20,000 nucleotides of DNA. It comes from Asterionella formosa (Eukaryota). The stretch is taken from positions 58,316 through 78,315 of the forward strand of contig NKIB01012462.1 in the NCBI GenBank assembly GCA_002256025.1, read 5' to 3'. This document shows, piece by piece, positions 9,519-19,282 of the stretch. The notes under the pieces were generated by a model that was not told the origin of the DNA, searched no databases, and worked only from the letters and a program-made list of their open reading frames with translations. A program made the position numbers and the translations under genes. The first letter of the stretch is position 1. The number at the start of each line of letters is the position of its first letter.

Positions 9519-11076
9519 ATGGTACTTACCACTTTATTTCCCAACCCGACGCTCGCCTCGTTGACACTTCTCTTATTGCTGCAGACATGCTCTTCTTACA
9601 CTCCCGTGCGAGCCCATACGACTGGCTTTGCTTCGAAAGCAACGGAATTACGGGCAGCAGCCACGGCCATTCCGCTTCCATCGATCAAACGGGACGAAGA
9701 AAAAACAGATGCTCCAAAAATTGGAGTTTTGCTTCTCAATCTAGGAGGACCCGAAACAGGCGATGACGTTGAAGGTGAGAGATAGCGAGTTTCTCGTGAA
9801 AGCTGCCCCCAGCGAGTGTGTGACAGTACCGGTGGTCCTAACCAATACATGTGCAAAAACTCGCGTCGCAGGATTCCTCTTTAACTTGTTCGCCGATCCT
9901 GACATTATTCGATTGCCTGGACCTCTCTCGCCTTTGCAAAAAATCATCGCGCTATTCATTTCCAAGAGGAGAGCTCCCAAATCCCGGGCTGCATATGACT
10001 CCATCGGTGGCGGATCTCCCATTCTCAAGTACTCCAATGAACAAGCAAGGCTTCTGTGTGCATCGTTAAAAGAACGGTATGATCTGGACGTCAAACCCTA
10101 CATTGGCATGCGATACTGGCACCCCTTCACTGAAGAAGCTCTGCAGCAGATTCAAAAGGACGATATTAAGGCCCTTGTCATTCTGCCTCTCTACCCACAG
10201 TTTAGTATAAGCACGTCAGGATCGTCGCTCCGCGTGTTGCAAGAAGAATTCGCAAAGCATTCCGATCGCCTTGGCTTTGTCCATACCGTCGTGCCGTCAT
10301 GGTACGATCGACCTGGGTATGTAAAAGCAATTTCGGATTTGATTATGAAAGAACTTGATAGCTTTACACCGGAAGAACTTGCCGCCGCTGGCGACGACCC
10401 ATGTCCTCGTCACATCTTATTCAGTGCTCACGGGGTTCCACGGTCCTACATTGATGCTGGAGATCCATACAAAAGCCAGATTGAAGAATGCGTAAAGACT
10501 ATTACAGCAGCTCTTCCAGGAGAAGATCAAGGGGTCAAAGTGCACTTGAGTTACCAATCTCGTGTCGGTCCCATTGAATGGCTCCGACCTTACACCGACG
10601 ATGTTCTGCCGGAGTTGGGCCAAGCTGGAGTCAAAAACCTTGTGGTTGTCCCTATTTCGTTTGTGAGCGAACATATTGAAACACTGGAAGAGATCGATAT
10701 AGAATACCGAGAACTAGCAGAGGAGAGTGGGATTGAACATTGGAGACGATGTCCGGCCTTGAACACGGACGCTACCTTCATTTCAGATATGGCCGATATA
10801 GTGGCTGAAGCCCTAGCGGAACCCACGCAAACGGTCACAGAAGCTTGCGTTGCGAATAATTGTGGAGATTTCGAGCTGAACACTATCAACGATAGCTTGG
10901 GTATTAACTCTGCGGGAGTGGGAGGTGTTGGTGCAAAGGCTGAACTAATCAAGTCAAAGTTACAGGAGAAGGAACGAATAAATGGGCGTGTCGCGATGGC
11001 AGGAGTGCTAGCTACGTTGCTGTTGGAATTGCTGAGTGGGAAATCGTTGACTCATTTATTTGGAATCAATTATTGA
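9519..11076 (+). CDS. hemH: Ferrochelatase (protoporphyrin IX Fe chelatase), plastid type with C-terminal CAB/LHC motif, join(9519..9774,9872..11076), 486 aa
   Basis: Family motifs KIGVLLLNLGGPE, FLFNLFADPDII, IGGGSP, GMRYWHPFTEEA, LPLYPQFSISTSGSS, FSAHGVP, YQSRVGPIEWLRPYT and SFVSEHIETLEEIDIEY. Intron GTGAGA(9775)...GCAG(9871) is in frame. The presequence ends CSS-YTP and the C-terminus has ERINGRVAMAG. Confidence 0.96.
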
Positions 11077-11146
11077 AATAGTGTTGTGAAGAATGCGACG
11101 GCTCTATTTTATCAGTAGGTAAATTGTACAATTAAATCTCAAGCCA

Positions 11147-12244
11147 TCAAATCTCATTTACCATATTTTCGACGGTTTCACCTAGTGAACTGAGAACATC
11201 AGGTGCTGTCATGGATCGTTTATGCAAATCATAAGCTCGCTTGGTTGCTTGCTTAGTAACACAGCAAGCAGACAAGCACGAGAGGAGACGATCCGTCGGT
11301 TTCCCATCTTGTGCGAGGATCTCGTTCCAGGCCATAAATGTACCTACTGTCCCGGCTAGAATATCTCCAAGACCACCACTCCGCTTTAATCCTCCTTCCT
11401 CCTCGCAAACAAGGGTTGCATCCACTTGCGTTGGACATGAAATAACATCAAGTGCTCCCTTCTGGATGACAATACCTGAAGTTACTGCCGCCAAATGTCC
11501 ATTATGGGCATCAAGCAATCGTTTGTATTCGATAACATTTGGGGTCAACACTACTTTATCGTAGCATTCAAAAATGCCTCGATTCTCAGGCAAAGTCAAT
11601 AGGAAGAGCGCATCCGCGTCAACGACCATTGATAGATTCATCTCGATACCAATCTTCATGATCTGTGCCGTGGCACGAAGCACCAGGGGGCATCTCCCCA
11701 GTCCAGGTCCAATCACCAATACATGCATTCGATCCATCATGGATGACACTTCCCTCGTCATTTTTTCAACAAGCTTTTCCTGTGCGAGTTGATCCTCCTG
11801 TTCCACGGCCAAGTCAAAGTCAGCAGCACAGTACACCCCAGCCACCATCAATTCAGGTGAATAACATTTGATGGGTGTAGTGGCCTCTTGAGCACAGAAT
11901 ACGTAACACAAATCGGATCCCACCTTCAAACTAGCCATACTGGCATAGTAAGGTGCCCCTGTGTATCGGGACGACCCACCGAGGACTCCGACTCGACCAC
12001 TGCTGCCCTTGTGGGAGCTCGCGGACAACGGAATGATGCATTTTGAAATCGCAACTGACTTGAAGTCTTTCCATCGTTTTGGAGATGATGTTGTCATTGA
12101 TGATGCAGAGCGTTGCGATGGCTTCCAGGCAGAAGCACCAGGAGCTAGCTGAAGGACTGAAGTGGCGGAGAGTAGCAAAATTGAAACGAAAGAAACTGTA
12201 CTATTGTTTCCTGCCTTTCGACCAATCGAAGGGCTCACTAGCAT
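11147..12244 (-). CDS. NAXD: ATP-dependent (S)-NAD(P)H-hydrate dehydratase (YjeF C-terminal/carbohydrate kinase family), 365 aa
   Basis: Motifs HKGSSGRVGVLGGSSRYTGAPYYA, IKCYSPELMV, VIGPGLGR, VVDADAL, VLTPNVIEY and GGLKRSGGLGDILAG. The N-terminal hydrophobic stretch ends ASA-WKP. Confidence 0.93.
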   Translation of the reverse strand: MLVSPSIGRKAGNNSTVSFVSILLLSATSVLQLAPGASAWKPSQRSASSMTTSSPKRWKDFKSVAISKCIIPLSASSHKGSSGRVGVLGGSSRYTGAPYYASMASLKVGSDLCYVFCAQEATTPIKCYSPELMVAGVYCAADFDLAVEQEDQLAQEKLVEKMTREVSSMMDRMHVLVIGPGLGRCPLVLRATAQIMKIGIEMNLSMVVDADALFLLTLPENRGIFECYDKVVLTPNVIEYKRLLDAHNGHLAAVTSGIVIQKGALDVISCPTQVDATLVCEEEGGLKRSGGLGDILAGTVGTFMAWNEILAQDGKPTDRLLSCLSACCVTKQATKRAYDLHKRSMTAPDVLSSLGETVENMVNEI

Positions 12245-13491
12245 ATCAAATCAATTCCAATGCATTCATGAGCCAAGGCCAAGGTAGGATAAAGGTGAAG
12301 CAAGAGGGTCGTGATGATTCGAGCCTGTGTTTGTTTGTGCACTGACATGAGGGGTGATGTAACAGTGACTGTCAGTGGCAAATCCTAAGTGCGTTTCCGA
12401 CTTTGCTTCTCTGCATCTTCTATGATATAAGGCGTTTGTTCACAAAGAAGAAAATAACAGTTTTTTGTGTTCATGCAATTACGGTAGTCTAATGTCGGTT
12501 TACCGTATTGTCAGGAGTAGTTTTACTTCATCAATAAATAAAGCAAGTAAGCATTGAAGCGGACAGGTTTCTTTGGCGAATAATGTAGACTACCGGTAGG
12601 GTACCTAATACACGAAGCAAAATACTTTTACTTACTAGGTACGGAGACCCTGTTACCGGTACTCTGCTTTGTTTCCCTCATAGTATGAGAGCAGTCTTTT
12701 ACTGCGACTCCCAGATGTATCATACCAGCCAATCATTGATTGTCCCTCGGAAAAGCCATCTGCCCTGGACATATGTGCCGTTGATTTCAGCTGTACCACA
12801 TCATCTATCCAATCAAGGTTGCTACCTTTATGCCACACTGTCGGAATACCTGTATGTTGGATACTTTTACATATTGGGCTCGTCACACATTGCATATACC
12901 GTAATGAATAGGTGGATGGTGGAGTACTCCTATATAATAAGAAAGGACCCATGGTATTGGCACATTGCTGATATGTTGTTCAATATTGCTAAACAGTCGT
13001 GCGTGGCGGGAGGAACAATTTTGCGCGCCATTCAAATCCAGACCGCCGGGACAAAGGCTGATGATTGCGAACATGTGCTCCCAAATCAAGGATGCAGCGC
13101 AGCCTTTCATCTGGACTGGTACCCGTATCTTAGTCTGTCTACTTTTGAATCCTACGGAACATCTGTCGCTTTCGTATATATAGTTTATTCGTCAACTATA
13201 TGATGATATGTATGGACACACTTTTCTTAAAAGAATGGATAATATTATATGTGGTCTACATCGACTGTCGGTAGTATTAATGCTACTTACAGAAATTATA
13301 TTGAGCCTACATATAGTTGTAGAATGAGCAGTACAATACTATCATCCTGGATTCTTTGCCATTTTCGACCTGTTCCTTGCGGGTGATGTCGGCATTTCAC
13401 TGGCCCTTATTCACTATAATTCGTCCTGCTCATCGTTGTATCTCAAATCACTTTCCATCTAAGCTCCCTTTGTCGTAGCTGAACTTTTAGA

Positions 13492-15874
13492 ATGATCAGG
13501 GGAGCTTACATGATTGCCTTGCTCGTGGCCCTCCTTTCGGTACAAGAATCCCTGAGTTTCACTCAGGTCAGATTCCAGCATCTTGTGCGAGTCCCATCGC
13601 AGTTCAGAAATCGGGTTTTCGCGGCTGAGCCTGATATTGAGACCACTTCCACTGTCCCTCCTGATCCAGAAGAACTAGATGATGAAGATGATCTCACTGA
13701 AGCTCCGCTAGTAATAAAGACCAAGCGCTCTCTGTACGAAATCCTTCGAGCACCTCGCAATGCAACAAAGGCAGAACTCAAGGTCCAATACGTTGCGTTG
13801 GCGCGAGAGACACACCCTGACGCACTCATTGGAACCAACAGTAGCATCGACACGTCAGCTTCGTTTTCCGAGGTTGCTGAGGCATGGAAAATTTTATCGA
13901 ACCCAAGGGATAGGCGACGCTACGATCGCTCCCTTCAGACAGAAGCCTTTGCTGGCAACATTGAAGTCATTGCTGTCAAAGTTAGCGAACAAGCTGGGCC
14001 ATCCATGATGAAGATGTTTGAAAAGGTGGCCGTTCCTTTTTTGAGACGTACAGCCGTGACTGCGGTGGCATCTTTCTCAGCCGCAGCTGGGGATATTATA
14101 AGATCCAATGGAACAAAGATCGACTTTGGGCATGCCGTTTCGATGGCAGTAAAGGCAGGAGAAGCAGCTGGACGGATTGTTGATGGTATGGAGGCATTGG
14201 AAAAGAACAAGGAACTTGAAGAGAGGTAATTGGGAATTATCTGACGATGAATGCGACTTTGCTGGACAAGAAACTAACTCATCGCGTTTGCAGGGCAATG
14301 CAGGAACAGTCCCAGGTAATCATTCAAGATGTGAGCAAGCTGCCCGAGTTCGTTGATAATGGCAAGAATTTATCTGCCACTTCTGCATTTAGGTAATTAT
14401 ACTCTTTCTAGAAATGAATGAGAGACATGAGCGTTGAACTTACTGATTGTATTACAGGGCCCTTCTTGAGGCGGAGCAAGGCAGGCAGTTGGAGGACAAC
14501 CAACCGGAAGTGAGCGACTCTGGTCTGATTTCACCTTCAATTTATGAATCCATGTGAGTAAGCACTATTTTGTAGCAGAAACTTTTTCGATAACATTTCA
14601 CTGACCTTTATTCCTGTTTGAAGAATATTGGATGAAACTCTGCGAGGCAATACTGTACCGATCAGGCCACCTGAAAAACCTTCATCCGCACTTCAAATGA
14701 TGTAAGTAATCAATTTTCTGAAAAGGAATGTTTTCTGTATGAGCAGTGATCTTAAACATTGCATTTCAGGACCGTGGATGACGCGGAACGGACCATGGAG
14801 ATCAAGGGCAATCTATCGGGCGCTATTGACGAGCTTATGGATTTGACTTCAGCCTATGAAAAAAGGTGAGTTTAACGTACGCAGGTATTCGTGTCTGCAG
14901 GTGTTTTGATGATAACCTTATGACCAGACTAACTGATCTTTTCACAGTGCCCTGGACGAAACGGTTCATGCTAAGAGGGTACAGGCTGAGCTTTCGGAAG
15001 TGATTGATGAACTTATGAAATCAACCTCCGTGAAGGAAACGAAGTGAGTTGATACCAGCTGTTAAAAAGCGGTAAATTTGGCGCTCGATGTACTGACTTT
15101 TCCTTATTGCAGGGGCTTGGACAAAACGGAACGTGCCATCGAGGTCCAATCCAAGCTTTTGGGAGTGATTGATGAGCTTGTTGACGAAACTGAACGAGCC
15201 ATGGAGGTCCAGGCCAAACTTTCGGAGGTTATTGATGAGTTGATGAAAGCATCTCATGACGAGAGGACAGCGTGAGTAAATTCTCAACGGTGACTGAAGG
15301 TATTCTTCAGTGAACGAATGCTTACATGGTGTTATACAGCGCATCAGACATATATGAATCTGTCACGGAGGTTCAGCCTCAGCTTTCTGTAGTGAAGGCG
15401 GAGTCCGAGAATTCTCCGTCGTCGACGACGATGATGTGAGTAGATGCGCGTGTACTAATGGTTATGGCAATGAATTGCATGAAATTTTTATCTTACTGTT
15501 TGGTTTTTTTTTGTTTAGGTTTGCCGAGGATTCGGTGCGGGTCAAGGACATGCAGAGAAAACTTTCGGAAGTTATTGAAGAACTAATCAGCTCAGCTTCG
15601 GAAATCGAAATGACGTGAGTAGAACGACCACGCTGCCCACTGATGTGAATAATGTAACTTTTCACTGATACTTCTCCTACAGAGCATTGGACGAAAGGAA
15701 AAGAGCCATGGAGGCTCAGGCTAAACTATCTGACGTGATTGATGGCCTCCTTAAATCCACTTCGACACGAACTAAGGCGTGAGTAAAAGTAGCGAATAAT
15801 GGTATGACCATGGATATGTATTTCCTAATTTGTCTTGTTTCAGGGTCGTGAAACGAGCGAAATTTAGGCCTTGA
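13492..15874 (+). CDS. J-domain (DnaJ class C) protein with exon-encoded helical repeats, 11 exons, 558 aa: join(13492..14225,14294..14392,14458..14553,14624..14701,14770..14865,14948..15043,15113..15271,15340..15435,15519..15614,15683..15778,15844..15874)
   Basis: The J domain reads SLYEIL...LARETHPD...FSEVAEAWKILSNPRDRRRYD and the presequence ends SLS-FTQ. Ten GT-AG introns of 65-83 nt (donors GTAATT x2, GTAAGT, GTGAGT x7) splice into one uninterrupted 1677-nt frame ending ...VVKRAKFRP*. Confidence 0.85.
14294..15778 (+). repeat. Tandem exon+intron duplication array (unit ~165 nt) encoding a ~32-aa repeat, consensus ALDETERAMEVQAKLSEVIDELMKSxS
   Basis: Exon lengths are 99, 96, 78, 96, 96, 159, 96, 96 and 96 nt. 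The recurrent DNA motif is ctttcgga[ag]gt[gt]attga[ta]ga. Confidence 0.88.
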
Positions 15875-15930
15875 GCTGTAGTGCAGACCATTTCAAGTGA
15901 ACAAATCGTGCATTGAAATAACTCAGCAAC

Positions 15931-16707
15931 TTAGTAAGCAATACCGTATGCAGGCTCCTTCTTTGTTTTGACTTTCTTCTTGTATTCCGCCGGCGTTTGA
16001 AATTTCTTCCCTTGCTTCCATATGCCTCGCTTTCGTTGCTTAGCCAATTCAATTTTCTTCTCTAGCAGCTCGCGTTTGTTATCATACTCGGCTCCACCTC
16101 CAATATACAAAGTTGCAAGACCGTTTTCTGCCAGTTTCACGCTCACGTCTTGCTTGGTAAATGGTAAGAAGCCAGGAGTAGTAACTTTGGCAACGGCCCG
16201 ATTATATTGATCCTTCCGGAGCAACTTGACTCGAACTACTTTTCCATCCACCATGCCTCGAGTATAATCCGTGGCTTCTTTGCCATATGGCTGTGCTGGG
16301 TTTCCGAAATGAGCTATCTCAGGACAGTCAACTCCATATATGCGAATGCTCATTGTAGATTCTGAAATTTTTCCGGTGTAACCAGATCCAATAGATAGTG
16401 GGTAGTATGGATAATGTCGAACGCGGAAAGTGTCGCCATCGACAATCTTTTCCACTCTACCATATATGACTTTTTTATATTTAAAAAGCTTTGAAGGGAT
16501 GTCATCTGCTGTTTGATACTAAATCAATATAAGTTGATGTGTGTGGAGGTTTCTGGGTTAGAGTTTCAAAGGCATTGCCGAAAAGGGTCAACTAGAAACG
16601 CTACTCACTTGCTGGAAAAAGGGCATACTATGAACAGGGTCGGGATCGGCAAAGAATGTTGTCAAGGTGAAGATCACAGCAGGTAGAGCTTGTGTCAAAA
16701 GGCGCAT
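15931..16707 (-). CDS. Staphylococcal nuclease (SNase/thermonuclease)-domain protein, LCL3-like, complement(join(15931..16518,16609..16707)), 228 aa
   Basis: Motifs YQTADDIP...IYGRVEKIVDGDTFRVRH, IRIYGVDCPE, QPYGKEA, KDQYNRAVA and AKQRKRGIW. The minus-strand intron GTGAGT(16608)...TTTAG(16519) links an upstream exon MRLLTQALPAVIFTLTTFFADPDPVHSMPFFQQ in frame. Confidence 0.9.
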
Positions 16708-18333
16708 TGAAAGGAGGAAAATATAATTCGAACGAGGAATGAGGGAGGAGGGCGATGAAGTTCAAATTCGTTCCGTTTTCTCACAAGGACCGTATATTGT
16801 GAAGAAGCCAACTGCGATAAAGTGCCGGCACGGCTGATTTCAACAGTCCCCGGTATCATAAATAGAAAAAACCGGTATAGCAAACCGGTAGGATCATACC
16901 TGGTACCCTGGTACCGTACCAGGTAACTGGTGCTCTGTACTACACACAACATACCTACCTGCAACCTGCTCCACAACTGTATCTGTACTGTCAATTCTAT
17001 ATCCCGGTATGTATGATATGCATTGCATGAATAAATCGTGCGTAGAAATGATAACTACACGACTGCCAACGGCAATTACCATTACCGGTACCGGTACTGA
17101 TGTTGTGACATCACCAAGAATCAAACAAGCAAAACTGTTGTGTCATAAGTATCAGGTACCTGATGACACCATTCTGACGTCAGCAAAAAATAACCTCGCA
17201 TTTTCTCAAGGTCTTCCAACCTGTAGTAGTACTGTCCTGGAATTACTGGACAGATCGTTCTCGCACTGCTCATTTACTTAGTATTCTGCTACCGGTATAT
17301 ATACTGTCTACCCATATTTCCATTCAGACATTTCTCATACTGCATCTAGTCTTCAGACACTTGTCGACATTAACAGCCTAACAGACACATTTTGACCACA
17401 CTCTCCCCTGTTGATGCTCAACATACAAATTTGTCATGGATAAGTGATGACTGTTACCAGACAGTTGTAGCTAGCAGTATTAAAATGGCTGCAAAGTCTA
17501 CAAAACCAACACACATGAGGAACTGACATTCAGTTCAGGAAACTATTTTTGGGATTTGTAAATGGAATAGCAATTCCTACAGATGGTGAAGTCCAACATA
17601 TAAGACTGAAATGATTGGAATCAACAATCATACAAAATCAATCAATGACAGAGAGTGGATTGAAGTCAAGGACAAGTCCAGGAAAGTAAGATTCATGAAA
17701 CAAGATCAATTTGGTACTAAGGAATTTCCATTGACACTTTACAGACAACCATCATTTCATGCTTTAATTTGGTTCCTACTACTCTCTTCCAATTTTGGCA
17801 GTACATTTTCCTTAAGTAAATGGCAGTCCATTGAGGGGCTATAGAAATCAGCAATCCAAAATTTCCTTGCTTAACGAGATGGCAGTACAATTCACTCAGC
17901 AGAAAAAACTTGGGGCTATTGAAATATTGAAGGTAGTTGTGCAATCCAAAAACAGAGCATATCAAGTATACAAATATGGGCGTAGTTTGTTCGGCTTACC
18001 ACCGCCCGGTTCTCTTGCCTCCCATGCATTGAACACAAGAGTACTGGGCGCACTCAGATAATAAAAAATATTAAATCATGTGTGAATTAAAACACAAATT
18101 ATTTTGGCGATTTGATACATAATAACATTGCTGCGCTCTGATAATCGAGATATTTTCGTAGATCATTTATCTGACATCAAATATAAATTTAAGTTCAATT
18201 TATAGCAGTTATTTTTTCATAGCGAGACATCCTCTTGGGTGCTATGCCGCCTCTTTTGTACACTGTATTCATGAGTTCAATAATATCACCAGTGTAGGTC
18301 ACTGACCATGTAGGCTCGCTAACTCTCATCTCC

Positions 18334-18363
<30 letters not shown>
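18334..18363. repeat. (TGA)10 microsatellite
   Basis: Ten perfect TGA units read directly. Confidence 0.97.
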
Positions 18364-18365
<2 letters not shown>

Positions 18366-18677
18366 CGATGAGCCGACGAAACACTTGAAACAAGCCGTGA
18401 CTCTATGGAACAAAGTACTGGGAGATTCTTAGTGAGAGAAGACCTTGCACAACAAGATTTATGACACATGATCTTGTGGAGGCATTCAAGCAACTACTTT
18501 GGACAAGCTGGAATACACTTTTTTCGCCATGACAGGGGTAAAATGGGTTAAAGACAGCTATTATGCAGGACAAGACACCAGGAACTTTATCGGACATGAC
18601 TAGTGCACACCATGCGAATTGGACACCAAATTTGGAAAACCAAGCATTGTTTGCAAAGTTAAGTAAAATCCGAGAGA

Positions 18678-18941
18678 ATGTGCACTGAAATCGCAGCACT
18701 AAAAATCATTGCATACCATGATGATGTTGAGCGAAAGTATTTATTGAAGCTTGGAGATGAGCCCAACATTTCAAACCCTATGCTAGAATTTTTCCTACAT
18801 GGCGCCATTAGGGAATCCAAGTACAAGTAAGAAAAGTATGGAGAAGCCATGACACACTCATAAAAAGCATATACCACTGCCAAGGAGCAAGGACGCGAAA
18901 CTCATGGGGTTCTTTCAGGCATAATTATGCAATCCAAGTGA
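18678..18941 (+). pseudogene. Possible decayed coding fragment inside the TIR element, with one TPR-like helix
   Basis: The frame reads MCTEIAALKIIAYHDDVERKYLLKLGDEPNISNPMLEFFLHGAIRESKYK*EKYGEAMTHS*KAYTTAKEQGRETHGVLSGIIMQSK*. Both internal stops are TAA, one transition away from CAA. Confidence 0.3.
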
Positions 18942-19282
18942 CATGGCAAGGTACTTTCAGGACGAAATTGTTGAAAATTCAGCGATATTAAAGCTAATAA
19001 ACTAATGTATAGAATAATAAATTGCACTCAGTCTTCATTTTGCTTTATTGTCAGCAACCAGCAGGACAGACATCACACATGAATTGATAGTGCAACCACT
19101 TAGATTGTAATGCAGGTGGATTGTGAGCAAGAAGACATGATCACAAAAAAATTGAAGCAGACAATTGATGAACATCTAATATACCTTTAGGATTATTGAT
19201 GTGTATATGTATATGCATATCAATTCCTATTTTGGTGAGAGCAAGCCATTTTCTGTATGAGCAAGCAAGTTTTGAAATTTTA

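Noticed and set aside
12685..13203. 172-aa plus-strand ORF between NAXD and the J-protein gene
   Set aside because: No recognisable motif, and an atypical Tyr/His/Cys-rich composition. It lies in a divergent promoter region. I cannot support it as a gene without expression data.
14316..14321. Alternative donor CAG|GTAATC within exon 2 of the J-protein gene (also GAA|GTGAGC in exon 3)
   Set aside because: These phase-0 donors are incompatible with the phase-2 acceptors downstream and would frameshift. The 99- and 96-nt exons fit the repeat register.
14294..15778. Regularly spaced repeats resembling a CRISPR-like repeat/spacer array
   Set aside because: The repeats are diverged protein-coding exons and the spacers are GT-AG introns. 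The context is eukaryotic and no cas genes are present.
18195..18413. ORF with a poly-His run (HHHHHHHHHH)
   Set aside because: The His run is just the (TGA)10 microsatellite read on the minus strand inside a transposon relic, and the ORF has no true ATG start.
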